DNA from: Deltaproteobacteria bacterium
GTDB lineage: Bacteria > Myxococcota_A > Polyangia > Polyangiales > Houyiibacteriaceae
DNA: 64,000 nt
NCBI GenBank assembly: GCA_034670305.1
Contig: JAXMNT010000004.1
Coordinates: 81,182 to 145,181, forward strand
Direction: 5' to 3'
In this document: piece after piece, positions 1 to 8,581 of the stretch
Layout: the number at the start of each line of letters is the position of its first letter
Numbering within the stretch: the stretch's first letter is position 1
The notes under the pieces: generated by a model
The model's database searches: none
Told to the model about the DNA's origin: nothing
What the model saw: only the letters and a program-made list of their open reading frames with translations
Position numbers and translations under genes: made by a program

Positions 1-1143
1 GTGCGCTGGGATCTCGGAGACCCAGATGTCCGTGCCGTCGGCGACGTCGATCGCGCTGCCGCCGCCGCTTCCGAAGTGCATGCGCCCGGCGCCGTCGAGG
101 GTTCCGCTGGCGTCGATGTTCGGGTGGGTCGGTCGCTCCCAGAGGATGCGGCCGGTCCGATCGACCGCGACCATCGCTTCGCCTTCTTTGACGTACGCGG
201 TGCCGTCCACGCCCACCGACAGAGATCGGGTGCCGCCACCCCACGGGGCCTGAGGGAGATCGATGCGGAACCGTTCCACCCCGGTCGGTTCCAACACGAC
301 CAGCACCGCCTTGGTGGTGCGCTCGGTCCAGAGTTCGATGTAGATGGCGCCGTCGTTCGCGATCGCCGGTCCCCCCACGACTTGGCCATCCTCGGAGAGC
401 ATCGTTTGCCACGCGAGCGCACCCGTCCGATCGATGGCGGAGAGCCGCGCCTGGGGGGCGTCGAAGGTGCCGAGCCGTTCGCCGTAGACGATCTGGTCGT
501 CGGGTCCGAGTGCGAGCGCGTGGTGGAACAGCCCAGTCGCCTCGGTCCGCCAGAGCGGCGTGCCGTCCGGTCCCACGGCGTCGACCGCCAGCGTGTCGTC
601 GCCGATGCGGCCAAAGAAGTACAACGCGCCCTCGTCGCCGACGCCGATGAACTGGGACGCGCCTTCTGGGAGCGTGACCCGGCGAAGCTCGGCGCCGTCG
701 GCGGGGTCGAGCCAGACACCATCGGCGGGGCCGAATCGATTCTCCGTCACGAACACCGAGCCGTCTTCCAGCAGACTCGGGCTGCCGACGACGCCCTCGA
801 ACATCACCCGCCACGCGATGGTTCCGCGGTCCCCTCGGTCGTCGACGGCAGAGAGCACGTTGCGGCTCCGCACGTAGAGGCGCCCCCCAGGCGCCACCGC
901 GAACCGCTGCGTGCGATCCCCCTCTTCGGGGAACTCCAGCTGCCAGCGCAGCTCGGGCGGGACGTCCGGAAGCACGTGCGGGCTGCGGTTCGCGCGGGTC
1001 GGACAGTACCCGGGCGTCGGCGACGGTGCGCCGGCCTGGTACGCGCCCGGACAATCTCCGAGCACATAGACGTCGTGGCTCTCGTAGCAGCCCGCCACGA
1101 CGAACGTCGCAAGCACTGCTGTGCCAACCAGAGAGACGCGCAT
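1..1143 (-). CDS. Lipoprotein with PQQ-like/BamB-like beta-propeller repeats (partial; runs off window start)
   Basis: Not in the ORF track. My translation from ATG at 1143 is MRVSLVGTAVLATFVVAGC (lipobox), followed by propeller blades such as GTIAWRV, DGTPLWRT, TGALAWQT, TGRILWER and DGTDIWVS. The + strand 1..1386 ORF is its shadow. Confidence 0.75.
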   Translation of the reverse strand, partial: MRVSLVGTAVLATFVVAGCYESHDVYVLGDCPGAYQAGAPSPTPGYCPTRANRSPHVLPDVPPELRWQLEFPEEGDRTQRFAVAPGGRLYVRSRNVLSAVDDRGDRGTIAWRVMFEGVVGSPSLLEDGSVFVTENRFGPADGVWLDPADGAELRRVTLPEGASQFIGVGDEGALYFFGRIGDDTLAVDAVGPDGTPLWRTEATGLFHHALALGPDDQIVYGERLGTFDAPQARLSAIDRTGALAWQTMLSEDGQVVGGPAIANDGAIYIELWTERTTKAVLVVLEPTGVERFRIDLPQAPWGGGTRSLSVGVDGTAYVKEGEAMVAVDRTGRILWERPTHPNIDASGTLDGAGRMHFGSGGGSAIDVADGTDIWVSEIPAH

Positions 1144-1199
1144 CGGCACATCCTACCCGGCCGGGTCGAACGCACCAGCGACCGTCAAAGAAGCGGCTA

Positions 1200-1712
1200 T
1201 CAGTTCAAGCCCTTGCGCTTGCGCAGCTGGGCCATGACTTTTTCGTACTCGACTTCGAAGGCGCCGGTGCCCTCTTCGAGGTTTTTGATCTTGGAGCGGA
1301 CCTCGACGTCGAGTTCGTCTTCTTGGCTCGTGTTCTTCCGGAGCACGTCGGTGATCTTCTTCCGAAGGATGTTGTCCTCCGCGTAGACCTCTTCGATGTT
1401 CGCGCTGTGGAAGAGCATGGTCATGATCTGCTGCACGAGGAAGGGCAGCTGCTCGTCGCTGGCGGGGAAGCCCATCTCCTTGGCGACCTGGTTCTTGGTC
1501 TTGCCGAGAAGCGAGTAGCTGATGCCGGCCCGCTCCATGCGGTTCTTGGCTTCGTCGACCACCTGGCGCTCGCGGCGGATGAACTCCTTGAGGATGGACT
1601 CGAAGTCGAGTTTCACCTCTTCGCCGTTGGCGACTTCGATGTCGTCTTCGGCGGTCAGCGCGGTCAGCAACTGCTCCGAGATCATGCCGACTTTGCCCGT
1701 GTACAGCTTCAT
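1200..1712 (-). CDS. DUF507-family protein
   Basis: MKLYTGKVGMISEQLLTAL... to ...DVEVRSKIKNLEEGTGAFEVEYEKVMAQLRKRKGL matches the DUF507 pattern; start trimmed to the ATG at 1712. Confidence 0.7.
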   Translation of the reverse strand: MKLYTGKVGMISEQLLTALTAEDDIEVANGEEVKLDFESILKEFIRRERQVVDEAKNRMERAGISYSLLGKTKNQVAKEMGFPASDEQLPFLVQQIMTMLFHSANIEEVYAEDNILRKKITDVLRKNTSQEDELDVEVRSKIKNLEEGTGAFEVEYEKVMAQLRKRKGLN

Positions 1713-1990
1713 GTCGCCGTGCGTAGTCGGATTCGCGATGGAGCGCAACGGGCCAGCGCCAACGATCCGTGCGCAGACGCGGAAACGCCGATCCGGGGTT
1801 CAGCTTTTCGGAGGAGGACCGGATGCTCGCGGGTGGCCCGGATGGGAACCTGGTGGTGGGTTCGGTACGCCGCCTCGCCCCGGCTCGAAGGACGTCGAGA
1901 AGGTGCCGGCCCGCTCGCCGCCCACGAACAGGATCGTGTCGCCCAAGAGGACGTCGTCCGCGGCAGTTGCGCGCCTAGTGTGTACAGGAG

Positions 1991-2593
1991 CTACTCGGCG
2001 GCGAGGCGTTCGCGCATCTTGCCGAGCAGGCCGTCGAAGCCGTCGCGGCGCACGATGCGGTCGAACTGGCGCCGGTAGTTCTGCACCATGCTCAGTCCGT
2101 CGTCGATCGTCAGGTCGAAAACGCGCCACGCGCCGCCCACCTGATGCATCGTGTAGTCGATGGAGACCGCGGGGGCGCGGCGGTTGTTGGTGTCGCGGGC
2201 TTCCGTTCGAACCAGCACGCTGCCGCCGGTCTGCGCTTCGGCGCTCTCGTAGTTGACGGCGTACTGGAGGGTGCGGTCGAGGTTGCTCCGGTAGCTGCGC
2301 GCGACGAGCTGCTTGAGGAGCTCCACGAACTCGGTGCGCTGCGCTTCGGTGAGCCCGGCCCAGTGGGCTTCGAGCGCGCGCCGGCTCAGCTCCTGGTAGT
2401 CGAGCAGACCTTCGATGAGCGTGGAGATCTCGCGCTCACGGGCCGGACCGGCCGGACGGCGCAGGACGCGCTCGAAGCGGGTCTGGTTCTGCTCGAGGGC
2501 TCGCTGGGCGGCGGCTGGCTGAGCGAACACCGGGGCGTCACCGAGGATCGCGAGACAGAGGAGGGTCACGAAGAGCGCAGAGATGCGTCGCAT
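1991..2593 (-). CDS. MlaC/Ttg2D-family periplasmic lipid-binding protein
   Basis: Signal peptide; LSRRALEAHW, QRTEFVELLKQL, IDYTMH..WRVFDLTIDDGLSMVQNYRRQF motifs. Confidence 0.85.
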   Translation of the reverse strand: MRRISALFVTLLCLAILGDAPVFAQPAAAQRALEQNQTRFERVLRRPAGPAREREISTLIEGLLDYQELSRRALEAHWAGLTEAQRTEFVELLKQLVARSYRSNLDRTLQYAVNYESAEAQTGGSVLVRTEARDTNNRRAPAVSIDYTMHQVGGAWRVFDLTIDDGLSMVQNYRRQFDRIVRRDGFDGLLGKMRERLAAE

Positions 2594-2639
2594 GGTCGTT
2601 CTGACGTTCGAGAGGGGGTGGGTATTCGGACCCTGGGGT

Positions 2640-4001
2640 TCAATCACAGGAGACTTCCCAGTCGGCCGGGGCGAGCAGTCGGGTGCCGGTGGTGCGTTCC
2701 AGTTCGGCGAGCGCGGTGTTGAGGCCTTGGACGGCTTGCAGGTGCTCGAAGCGGGCGGAGAAATACGCTTTGAGCGCGTCCATCATGTCCTTGGGCGAGG
2801 CCGCGCCGACATCGAGTGCCTGCGCCGCACTCACCAGCCACGCCCGCGTCTGCCGTTCGCCCTCGGCCCACGCCTCTTCCCGGCGGACCGCGTCCTGGTG
2901 CGCTTCGAACGCGAGCTCGACCTCGAGCCGAATGCCGCTTCGCGCAAGCTCCGCCTGCGCGCGCGTCTGCTCGAGTTCCGCACGCACCCGGCGGACGCGG
3001 TGCACGTTGCCGACGAAGTCGAGGTTCCAGCGCATGACGAGTCCGAAGCCGAGCGCGGGGCGGTTGCCGTCATCGCGGATGAACGGGTTCTCGATGTCGG
3101 TCACGCCAGGCGCCCACGAGTAGCTCGCGGAGAGGCCGAGTCCGAAGTCGGGCGCGAAGCCGGCCCGCTGTGCCGAGAGCGCCGCTTCACGGGCATCCAG
3201 AGCCGCCTCCAGCATGCCGAGCTCGGGGCGGGCGCCCGACTGGCGCAGCAGGTCCGTCAGCGGGGTATCCGGCAAAGCGAGCGGCGCGGAGGGGCAATCC
3301 GAGATCTCCATCGACTCCAGGCCGGTCAAGGCTCGGAGCGCCGCCTCGCTGCTCCTTCGCAAGCGTCCGGCTTCCGAACGGCGCGCCTGGACCTCCGCCA
3401 ACCCGGCCGCGAGGCGAAACCGATCCATCGGATCGGTGTCCGGGTCGTTCTCCGCGATCGCTTCATCCAGGCCACGGATGGCGCGCTCGAGTTTGCCGAT
3501 GCCCTCCGAGATCATCTGCTCGAGATCGAGGGCCAACTGCAGCGCGAAGTAGGCGCGGCGCACGTCGTAGCGAAGGCGCGCCAACGTGCGCGAGCGGCTC
3601 GCCGTGGCGGCTCGCGCGCCCGCACGCGCCGCCCGCCGCGCGTTCCGAAGTTTGCCGCCCGTGTAGAGCGGAATCGCACCACGCACCCCGATGGAGGCGG
3701 CGGGCGCCCAGCCGTTGCCCAGCGAGAGCTGATCCTGGTCCGAGAAGATGGGGGTGCCCGACGAACGCGGCGCCACGGTGAACCCGGCGGTGGCCTCGAA
3801 GCGGAAGAAGGGAGAGAGCCTCACTTCGTCGAGGCGTGCTTGTGCAGCACGTGCGGCGGCTTCGTCGGCTTCCAACGCGGGGTAATGGGCTTCGGCGGCT
3901 TCGACGAGCGACGCGAGGTCCCGGCGCGCGGGCTGCGCCTCTGCCCCCGCACCCATCCAGGCAACGAGAACCCCCAACCCCGCAACGACCCCAACCCGCA
4001 T
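2640..4001 (-). CDS. TolC-family outer membrane protein
   Basis: Two OEP-type repeats (IPLYTGGK...VRRAYFALQLA; RPELGMLEA...FAPDFGLG...ELERTTG); start MRVGVVAGLGV at 4001. The upstream extension in the ORF track is repeat-derived. Confidence 0.85.
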   Translation of the reverse strand: MRVGVVAGLGVLVAWMGAGAEAQPARRDLASLVEAAEAHYPALEADEAAARAAQARLDEVRLSPFFRFEATAGFTVAPRSSGTPIFSDQDQLSLGNGWAPAASIGVRGAIPLYTGGKLRNARRAARAGARAATASRSRTLARLRYDVRRAYFALQLALDLEQMISEGIGKLERAIRGLDEAIAENDPDTDPMDRFRLAAGLAEVQARRSEAGRLRRSSEAALRALTGLESMEISDCPSAPLALPDTPLTDLLRQSGARPELGMLEAALDAREAALSAQRAGFAPDFGLGLSASYSWAPGVTDIENPFIRDDGNRPALGFGLVMRWNLDFVGNVHRVRRVRAELEQTRAQAELARSGIRLEVELAFEAHQDAVRREEAWAEGERQTRAWLVSAAQALDVGAASPKDMMDALKAYFSARFEHLQAVQGLNTALAELERTTGTRLLAPADWEVSCD

Positions 4002-4059
4002 ACCCGAGCGGCATAGCGTGGATCCGCCACCGGATCGACACCCATCGGGCCGGGCGGGG

Positions 4060-4233
4060 TCGGCATCGGCATCGGCATCGGCATCGGCATCGGCATCGGC
4101 ATCGGCATCGGCATCGGCATCGGCATCGGCCTCGGCATCGGCCTCGGCATCGGCTTCGGCATCGGCGTCGGCGTCGGCGTCGGCGTCGGCATCGGCTTCC
4201 GGCTTCGGCGTCGCCTTCGGCATCGGCATCGGC
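4060..4233. repeat. Period-6 tandem array (TCGGCA/TCGGCG/TCGGCT/TCGGCC), intergenic between skp and tolC
   Basis: Directly visible tandem hexamers. Confidence 0.95.
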
Positions 4234-4314
4234 GGCCGCCGCATCGCACTCCAAAGAGAAAAGGACGGCCCACCTCGTGGTGCCGTCCTTGGTCTCGTCG
4301 AGAACCGCTCGGGT

Positions 4315-4881
4315 TCAGCGCATGCTGCTCATGCCCATCCCCATGCCCATCGAAGATGCGCCGGGCCGGGTATTGTATTGCTGGATCACCTGGTCCGTCA
4401 GATCCAGGTTGCCCGGCACCCACACCACGCCCCCTTCGTTGGCCTCGATGATCATCGTGTAGCCATCGGTCTGGCCGATGCGCCGCAGGATCTCCTGCAT
4501 GCGCTCGAGGATGACCTTGGTCAGCTGGGCTTCCTTCTGGGCGAGCTCGCGCTGGTATTCGACGTAGGTCGACTGCAGCTCGATGAACGCCTTCTGGTAC
4601 TCCTCGAGGCGCTTCTGAAGCGCTTCCTGGCTGAGCACGTTCTTCTGGCGCTCGATGTCTTCCTTCATCTTCTTCAGCTTCTCTTGCGCTGCATCGAGCG
4701 CCTTCTGTCGGCGTCGGAAGAGGCGCTTGAGCCGGTTCTTGGCGCTGCGGCCATCCTCGGTCTCATTGAGGGCGCGCTGAAGGTCGACGACCGCGATCTT
4801 CGTCTGGGCATACAGTTCGCCTGCGATCTGGCTGACGACGAGTGCGGCGACGAGAGTAACAACGTGACGACTGAAGCTCAT
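4315..4881 (-). CDS. skp: Periplasmic chaperone Skp/OmpH
   Basis: KIAVVDLQRALNETEDG, coiled coil, DLTDQVIQQYN; lies directly downstream of bamA. Confidence 0.9.
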   Translation of the reverse strand: MSFSRHVVTLVAALVVSQIAGELYAQTKIAVVDLQRALNETEDGRSAKNRLKRLFRRRQKALDAAQEKLKKMKEDIERQKNVLSQEALQKRLEEYQKAFIELQSTYVEYQRELAQKEAQLTKVILERMQEILRRIGQTDGYTMIIEANEGGVVWVPGNLDLTDQVIQQYNTRPGASSMGMGMGMSSMR

Positions 4882-4975
4882 GAAGAAGGGGTTCCTTTCG
4901 GCGACTCGTAAACTTGGTCGCCTGGAGGGTCAAGGCTCCGACGGTCCGGAGCGTTGGGCATTCAAAGAATGGGGG

Positions 4976-7681
4976 TCAGAAACTGTTGCCGATCGTGAAC
5001 TCGAACTTGATTTTCGGTTCGTAGGAGCGACGGCGGATGGGGATGCCCCATTCGAAACGCAGGGGTCCGAGCGGCGAGAACCAGCGGAAACCGAAGCCCC
5101 ACGAGGTCCGGATGGCCGCATGGACACCGCACGGGTTGGTGGACGGGTCGTTCGTCGGGGTGACGGGACCCTCGCACAGGCGGTTCTCGATGTTCCAGAC
5201 GTTGCCGCCGTCGGTGAAGAGCACACCGCGGATGCCGACCTCGGGCAAGATCGCGAACTCGAGTTCCGCCTGGTAGAAGAGCTGGAGGTTGCCGCCGATC
5301 GCGACGCCCTCCGAGACCCCGCCGCCCGCGATCGGAGGCGATGCGTTCGGATCGGTTCGGCGCGGGATCGAGACCCGCGGCCCGAGGCTCTGGAGCGGGT
5401 ACCCGCGCACATCGAAGATGCCGCCGAGTCGGAAGCGTTCGTAGATCGGGACGCCGTTGCGGCCGGTGATCAGACCGAACTGGGCGTTGGCCTTGAAGGT
5501 GACCGGGCGCCCTTCCCCGAGCGAGAAGACCTCGCGGTAGAACCGCACGAAGCCTGTGTGCCGCACGAAGATCTGGTCGGAGCCGAGGAACCGGTCCGCG
5601 ACCTCACCCGTGTAGTTCGCGTACCAACCCGCGGTGGGGAACAGCCGGTTGTTGCGGCCGTCCCACGTCAAACTCACCCGAACGGAACTGGTCAAACCGT
5701 CGCTGTAGAGGTTCGCGAGGGGCAGGCGCTGGAACTGGGTGAACCCCGCGCCGCCGCCGCTGGCCGACGAACCGAAGAAGCCGCTCGTGCGCGCGCTGAT
5801 CTTCACGTTCTCGAGCTGGTAGCCGACGGAGAAGCGCAACCGCCGGTCCACGATCGGGTGGCCAAGGGTGAGCCCGCCACCGGTGCTGTCTCGGTTGAAG
5901 TCCGCGAACTGACGGATGGTCTTGAACGCATCGACGCCGAGGCTCCACTGGGTGCCGAGGAACCACGGCTCCACGAAACGCAGCTGGACGAACTGGCGGA
6001 TGCCACTGAGCTGGAGCTGCAGCGAGAGCAGGTGGCCGTTGCCGAAGAGGTTCTGCTGCTGAACCTGAGCGGTCAGGATGAACTGCTCGATCGAGCTGAA
6101 GCCGGCGCCGACCTGGAAGGTGCCGGTGCTCTTCTCGCCGACCTGGATGTTGATGACGATGCGCTCGGGCGAGGAGCCGGTCTCTTCGCTCAGATCGACC
6201 CGTTCGAAGTACCCGAGCGCGTTGATGCGGCCTCGGCTGCGTTCGATGAGCGTCTGGTTGTAGAGGTCGCCTTCGTTGATCAACATCTCGCGGCGGATGA
6301 CGCGGTCGCGGGTCTTCGTGTTGCCGCGGATGTTGATCCGTTCGATGCGGACGGGCGGACCGCGCACGAGGTTGAGCTGCAGGTTCACGATGTTGCGATC
6401 CTGCTGCACGTCCATGTCGGGCGTGAGATCGACCCTCGCATAGCCTTCGTCCCGGTAGACGCGCGAGATCGCATCGATGCCGAGCCGGACCTTCGTCGAG
6501 CTGAACCAGTCGCCGGTGTCGAGTTCGATGTTCTCGCGCAGGTCGTCGCGGAGCGCTTCGATCTCGTTGCCTTCGGCGTCGACTTCGCGGACCGACATGC
6601 GGCCGATGCGGAAGCGCGGCCCCTCGGTGATCGGGATCGTGATGTCGATGTTCTGACGGTCGGATGTCAGCTCGATGCGCGGCGCGCCGACTCGGACCGT
6701 GAGGTAGCCCTTGTCGTAGTACCAAGCCTGCAGCCGGGTGTGATCCTCTTCGAACTTGTCGGCGTTGTAGTGGTCGTTGTCCGAGATGAACGAGAAGAAC
6801 CCATGCTCGCTCGTCTGCATGATGTCGTGGAGGTCTTCGGACGGGATCGAGCGGTTGCCGACGAAGCGGATGCGGCGGACCGTGACCTCCGGGCCCTCTT
6901 CGATCGTGAAGCGCACTTCGACTTCGTCGGTGCGGCTCTCGAGGCGCTTGATCTCGTAGTCGACGCGCGCGAGGAAGTACCCCTCCTCCGCGTAGAGGTC
7001 TCGGATCTTGGTGATCTGCTCGCGGACCGAAGGAATCGAGAGGATCGCGCCTTCGCGGAGGGTGACCTTCTCGTCGATGTCGTCGTCTTCGACCTCGTCG
7101 TTGCCCTCGAACACGATGCGGGCGATGGCCGGCCGCTCTTGGACGCGGATGCGCAGGTCGACTTCGTTCCCGTCGGCGTCGGCTTCGACGATGATGTCGT
7201 CGAAGAACCCCATGTCCCAGAGGGCACGGGCGTCGCGGGCGATCTCTTCGTCGGTGCACGGCAGACCGCGCCGAAGCCGCATGGTCGCGCGGACGTCGTC
7301 CGGATCGACCCGGCGGCCGCCTTCCACCTGGATCTGGCGAATGCGCCGCCCGTGGCAGAGGGTGCGCGGGGTGCTCGGAGGCTGGGTCTGCGGCTCGTAG
7401 GGCTCGCCCGTCGGCTCCACCGGCTCTTCCGGTTCGGCTTCGGCGTCCGGGTCTTCGCCTTCGGCGTCCGGGTCTTCGCCTTCGGCGTCCGGGTCTTCGC
7501 CTTCGGCGTCCGGGTCTTCGTCGCCCTCTTCGTCGTCGTCCTCTTCGTCGCCCCAATCGTCGCCGTCTTCGCCCTCTTCCTCGACGTCGGGATCGACCTC
7601 GGGTTGGGCCACGACATCACCCGGTCCGCAAAGCAGACCGAGCGCCAGTAGCGCGAGCAGGAGACGGGAAATACGAAGCAT
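4976..7681 (-). CDS. bamA: Outer membrane protein assembly factor BamA
   Basis: POTRA repeats (GNTKTRDRVIRREM), VRGY loop, C-terminal WFSPLGPLRFEWG...FEFTIGNSF. Confidence 0.97.
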   Translation of the reverse strand: MLRISRLLLALLALGLLCGPGDVVAQPEVDPDVEEEGEDGDDWGDEEDDDEEGDEDPDAEGEDPDAEGEDPDAEGEDPDAEAEPEEPVEPTGEPYEPQTQPPSTPRTLCHGRRIRQIQVEGGRRVDPDDVRATMRLRRGLPCTDEEIARDARALWDMGFFDDIIVEADADGNEVDLRIRVQERPAIARIVFEGNDEVEDDDIDEKVTLREGAILSIPSVREQITKIRDLYAEEGYFLARVDYEIKRLESRTDEVEVRFTIEEGPEVTVRRIRFVGNRSIPSEDLHDIMQTSEHGFFSFISDNDHYNADKFEEDHTRLQAWYYDKGYLTVRVGAPRIELTSDRQNIDITIPITEGPRFRIGRMSVREVDAEGNEIEALRDDLRENIELDTGDWFSSTKVRLGIDAISRVYRDEGYARVDLTPDMDVQQDRNIVNLQLNLVRGPPVRIERINIRGNTKTRDRVIRREMLINEGDLYNQTLIERSRGRINALGYFERVDLSEETGSSPERIVINIQVGEKSTGTFQVGAGFSSIEQFILTAQVQQQNLFGNGHLLSLQLQLSGIRQFVQLRFVEPWFLGTQWSLGVDAFKTIRQFADFNRDSTGGGLTLGHPIVDRRLRFSVGYQLENVKISARTSGFFGSSASGGGAGFTQFQRLPLANLYSDGLTSSVRVSLTWDGRNNRLFPTAGWYANYTGEVADRFLGSDQIFVRHTGFVRFYREVFSLGEGRPVTFKANAQFGLITGRNGVPIYERFRLGGIFDVRGYPLQSLGPRVSIPRRTDPNASPPIAGGGVSEGVAIGGNLQLFYQAELEFAILPEVGIRGVLFTDGGNVWNIENRLCEGPVTPTNDPSTNPCGVHAAIRTSWGFGFRWFSPLGPLRFEWGIPIRRRSYEPKIKFEFTIGNSF
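7438..7520. repeat. 21-bp tandem repeat x4 encoding EGEDPDA in the acidic N-terminal linker of BamA
   Basis: CTTCGGCGTCCGGGTCTTCGC at 7438, 7459, 7480 and 7501. Confidence 0.9.
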
Positions 7682-7698
7682 TTAGGAAAACGTGCGCG

Positions 7699-7727
7699 GC
7701 TATACGCTTGCCCCAGAGGGGGGTCAA
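7699..7727 (-). promoter_or_regulatory. Sigma70-like promoter for bamA-skp
   Basis: Minus strand TTGACC-N17-TATAGC just upstream of the bamA ATG. Confidence 0.5.
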
Positions 7728-7773
7728 CCGGCGCCCCGCGTCCGAACGCGCAGGATGCGGGGTTGATTCGCGC

Positions 7774-8574
7774 TTATTCCGACTCGGTGGCCGGTTCTTT
7801 CGGGGCTCCGTCGACTTCTCCGTCGTCCGGGCTGGGTTCCGGAGTGGGTTCTCCGATGGGTTTCGGGATCTTGCGCTCGTCCGTCCGGATCTCCCCATCG
7901 CGCATGGAGACCACCCGCGGCATGCGCTCGGCCAGGTCCCGGCTGTGGGTCACGAGCAAGAAGGTCGTCCCGCGTTTCGCGTTCAACTCAAAGAAGAGCC
8001 GATGCACTGCGTCGCTGGTGACGCTGTCGAGGTTGCCGGTCGGTTCGTCGGCGAGCACGAGGGGCGGATCGAGGATTAGGGCCCGCGCCAAAGCCACGCG
8101 CTGTTGCTCGCCACCGCTGAGCTCGCCCGGGCGGTGGGACGTGCGGTGGGCCAGGCCGACCTCCTCCAGCAGCTCTTGGGCGCGCTTGCGGAGCGGTCCG
8201 CGGGGTTTGCCGTGGATGAGCCCTGGCATCATCACGTTCTCGATCGCGTCGAACTCCGGCAGCAGATGGTGGAACTGGAAGACGAATCCCAGCATCTGGT
8301 TGCGGAAGAGCGCGAGCTCGCGGCTCCCGAGTTTGGTGACGTCGCGGCCGGCGTAGTGGATCTCGCCGCGGGTCGGCAGGTCGAGGGTGCCGAGCACGTG
8401 CAGCAGCGTGCTCTTGCCAGCGCCCGAAGGGCCCACGACGCACACCATCTCTCCTCGGGTGATCTCGAGATCGACCCCGCGGAGCACTTCCACCTTCTTG
8501 CCCTCGTGCACGAAGGTCTTCTCCACCTTGCGCGCGATGACGAGTGGATCGCCGTTGGTCGTTGGTTCGGTCAC
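7774..8574 (-). CDS. lolD: Lipoprotein-releasing ABC transporter ATP-binding protein LolD
   Basis: GPSGAGKS, GFVFQFHHLLPEF, LSGGEQQRVALARAL and ADEPTGNLD motifs; adjacent to lolC/E and bamA. Confidence 0.9.
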   Translation of the reverse strand: MTEPTTNGDPLVIARKVEKTFVHEGKKVEVLRGVDLEITRGEMVCVVGPSGAGKSTLLHVLGTLDLPTRGEIHYAGRDVTKLGSRELALFRNQMLGFVFQFHHLLPEFDAIENVMMPGLIHGKPRGPLRKRAQELLEEVGLAHRTSHRPGELSGGEQQRVALARALILDPPLVLADEPTGNLDSVTSDAVHRLFFELNAKRGTTFLLVTHSRDLAERMPRVVSMRDGEIRTDERKIPKPIGEPTPEPSPDDGEVDGAPKEPATESE

Positions 8575-8581
8575 TGCGGCC

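Noticed and set aside
1800-1990. Possible small minus-strand ORF (DDVLLGDTILFVGGERAGTF...)
   Set aside because: Partly coding-like codons, but no start codon after the MlaC stop; at most a remnant.
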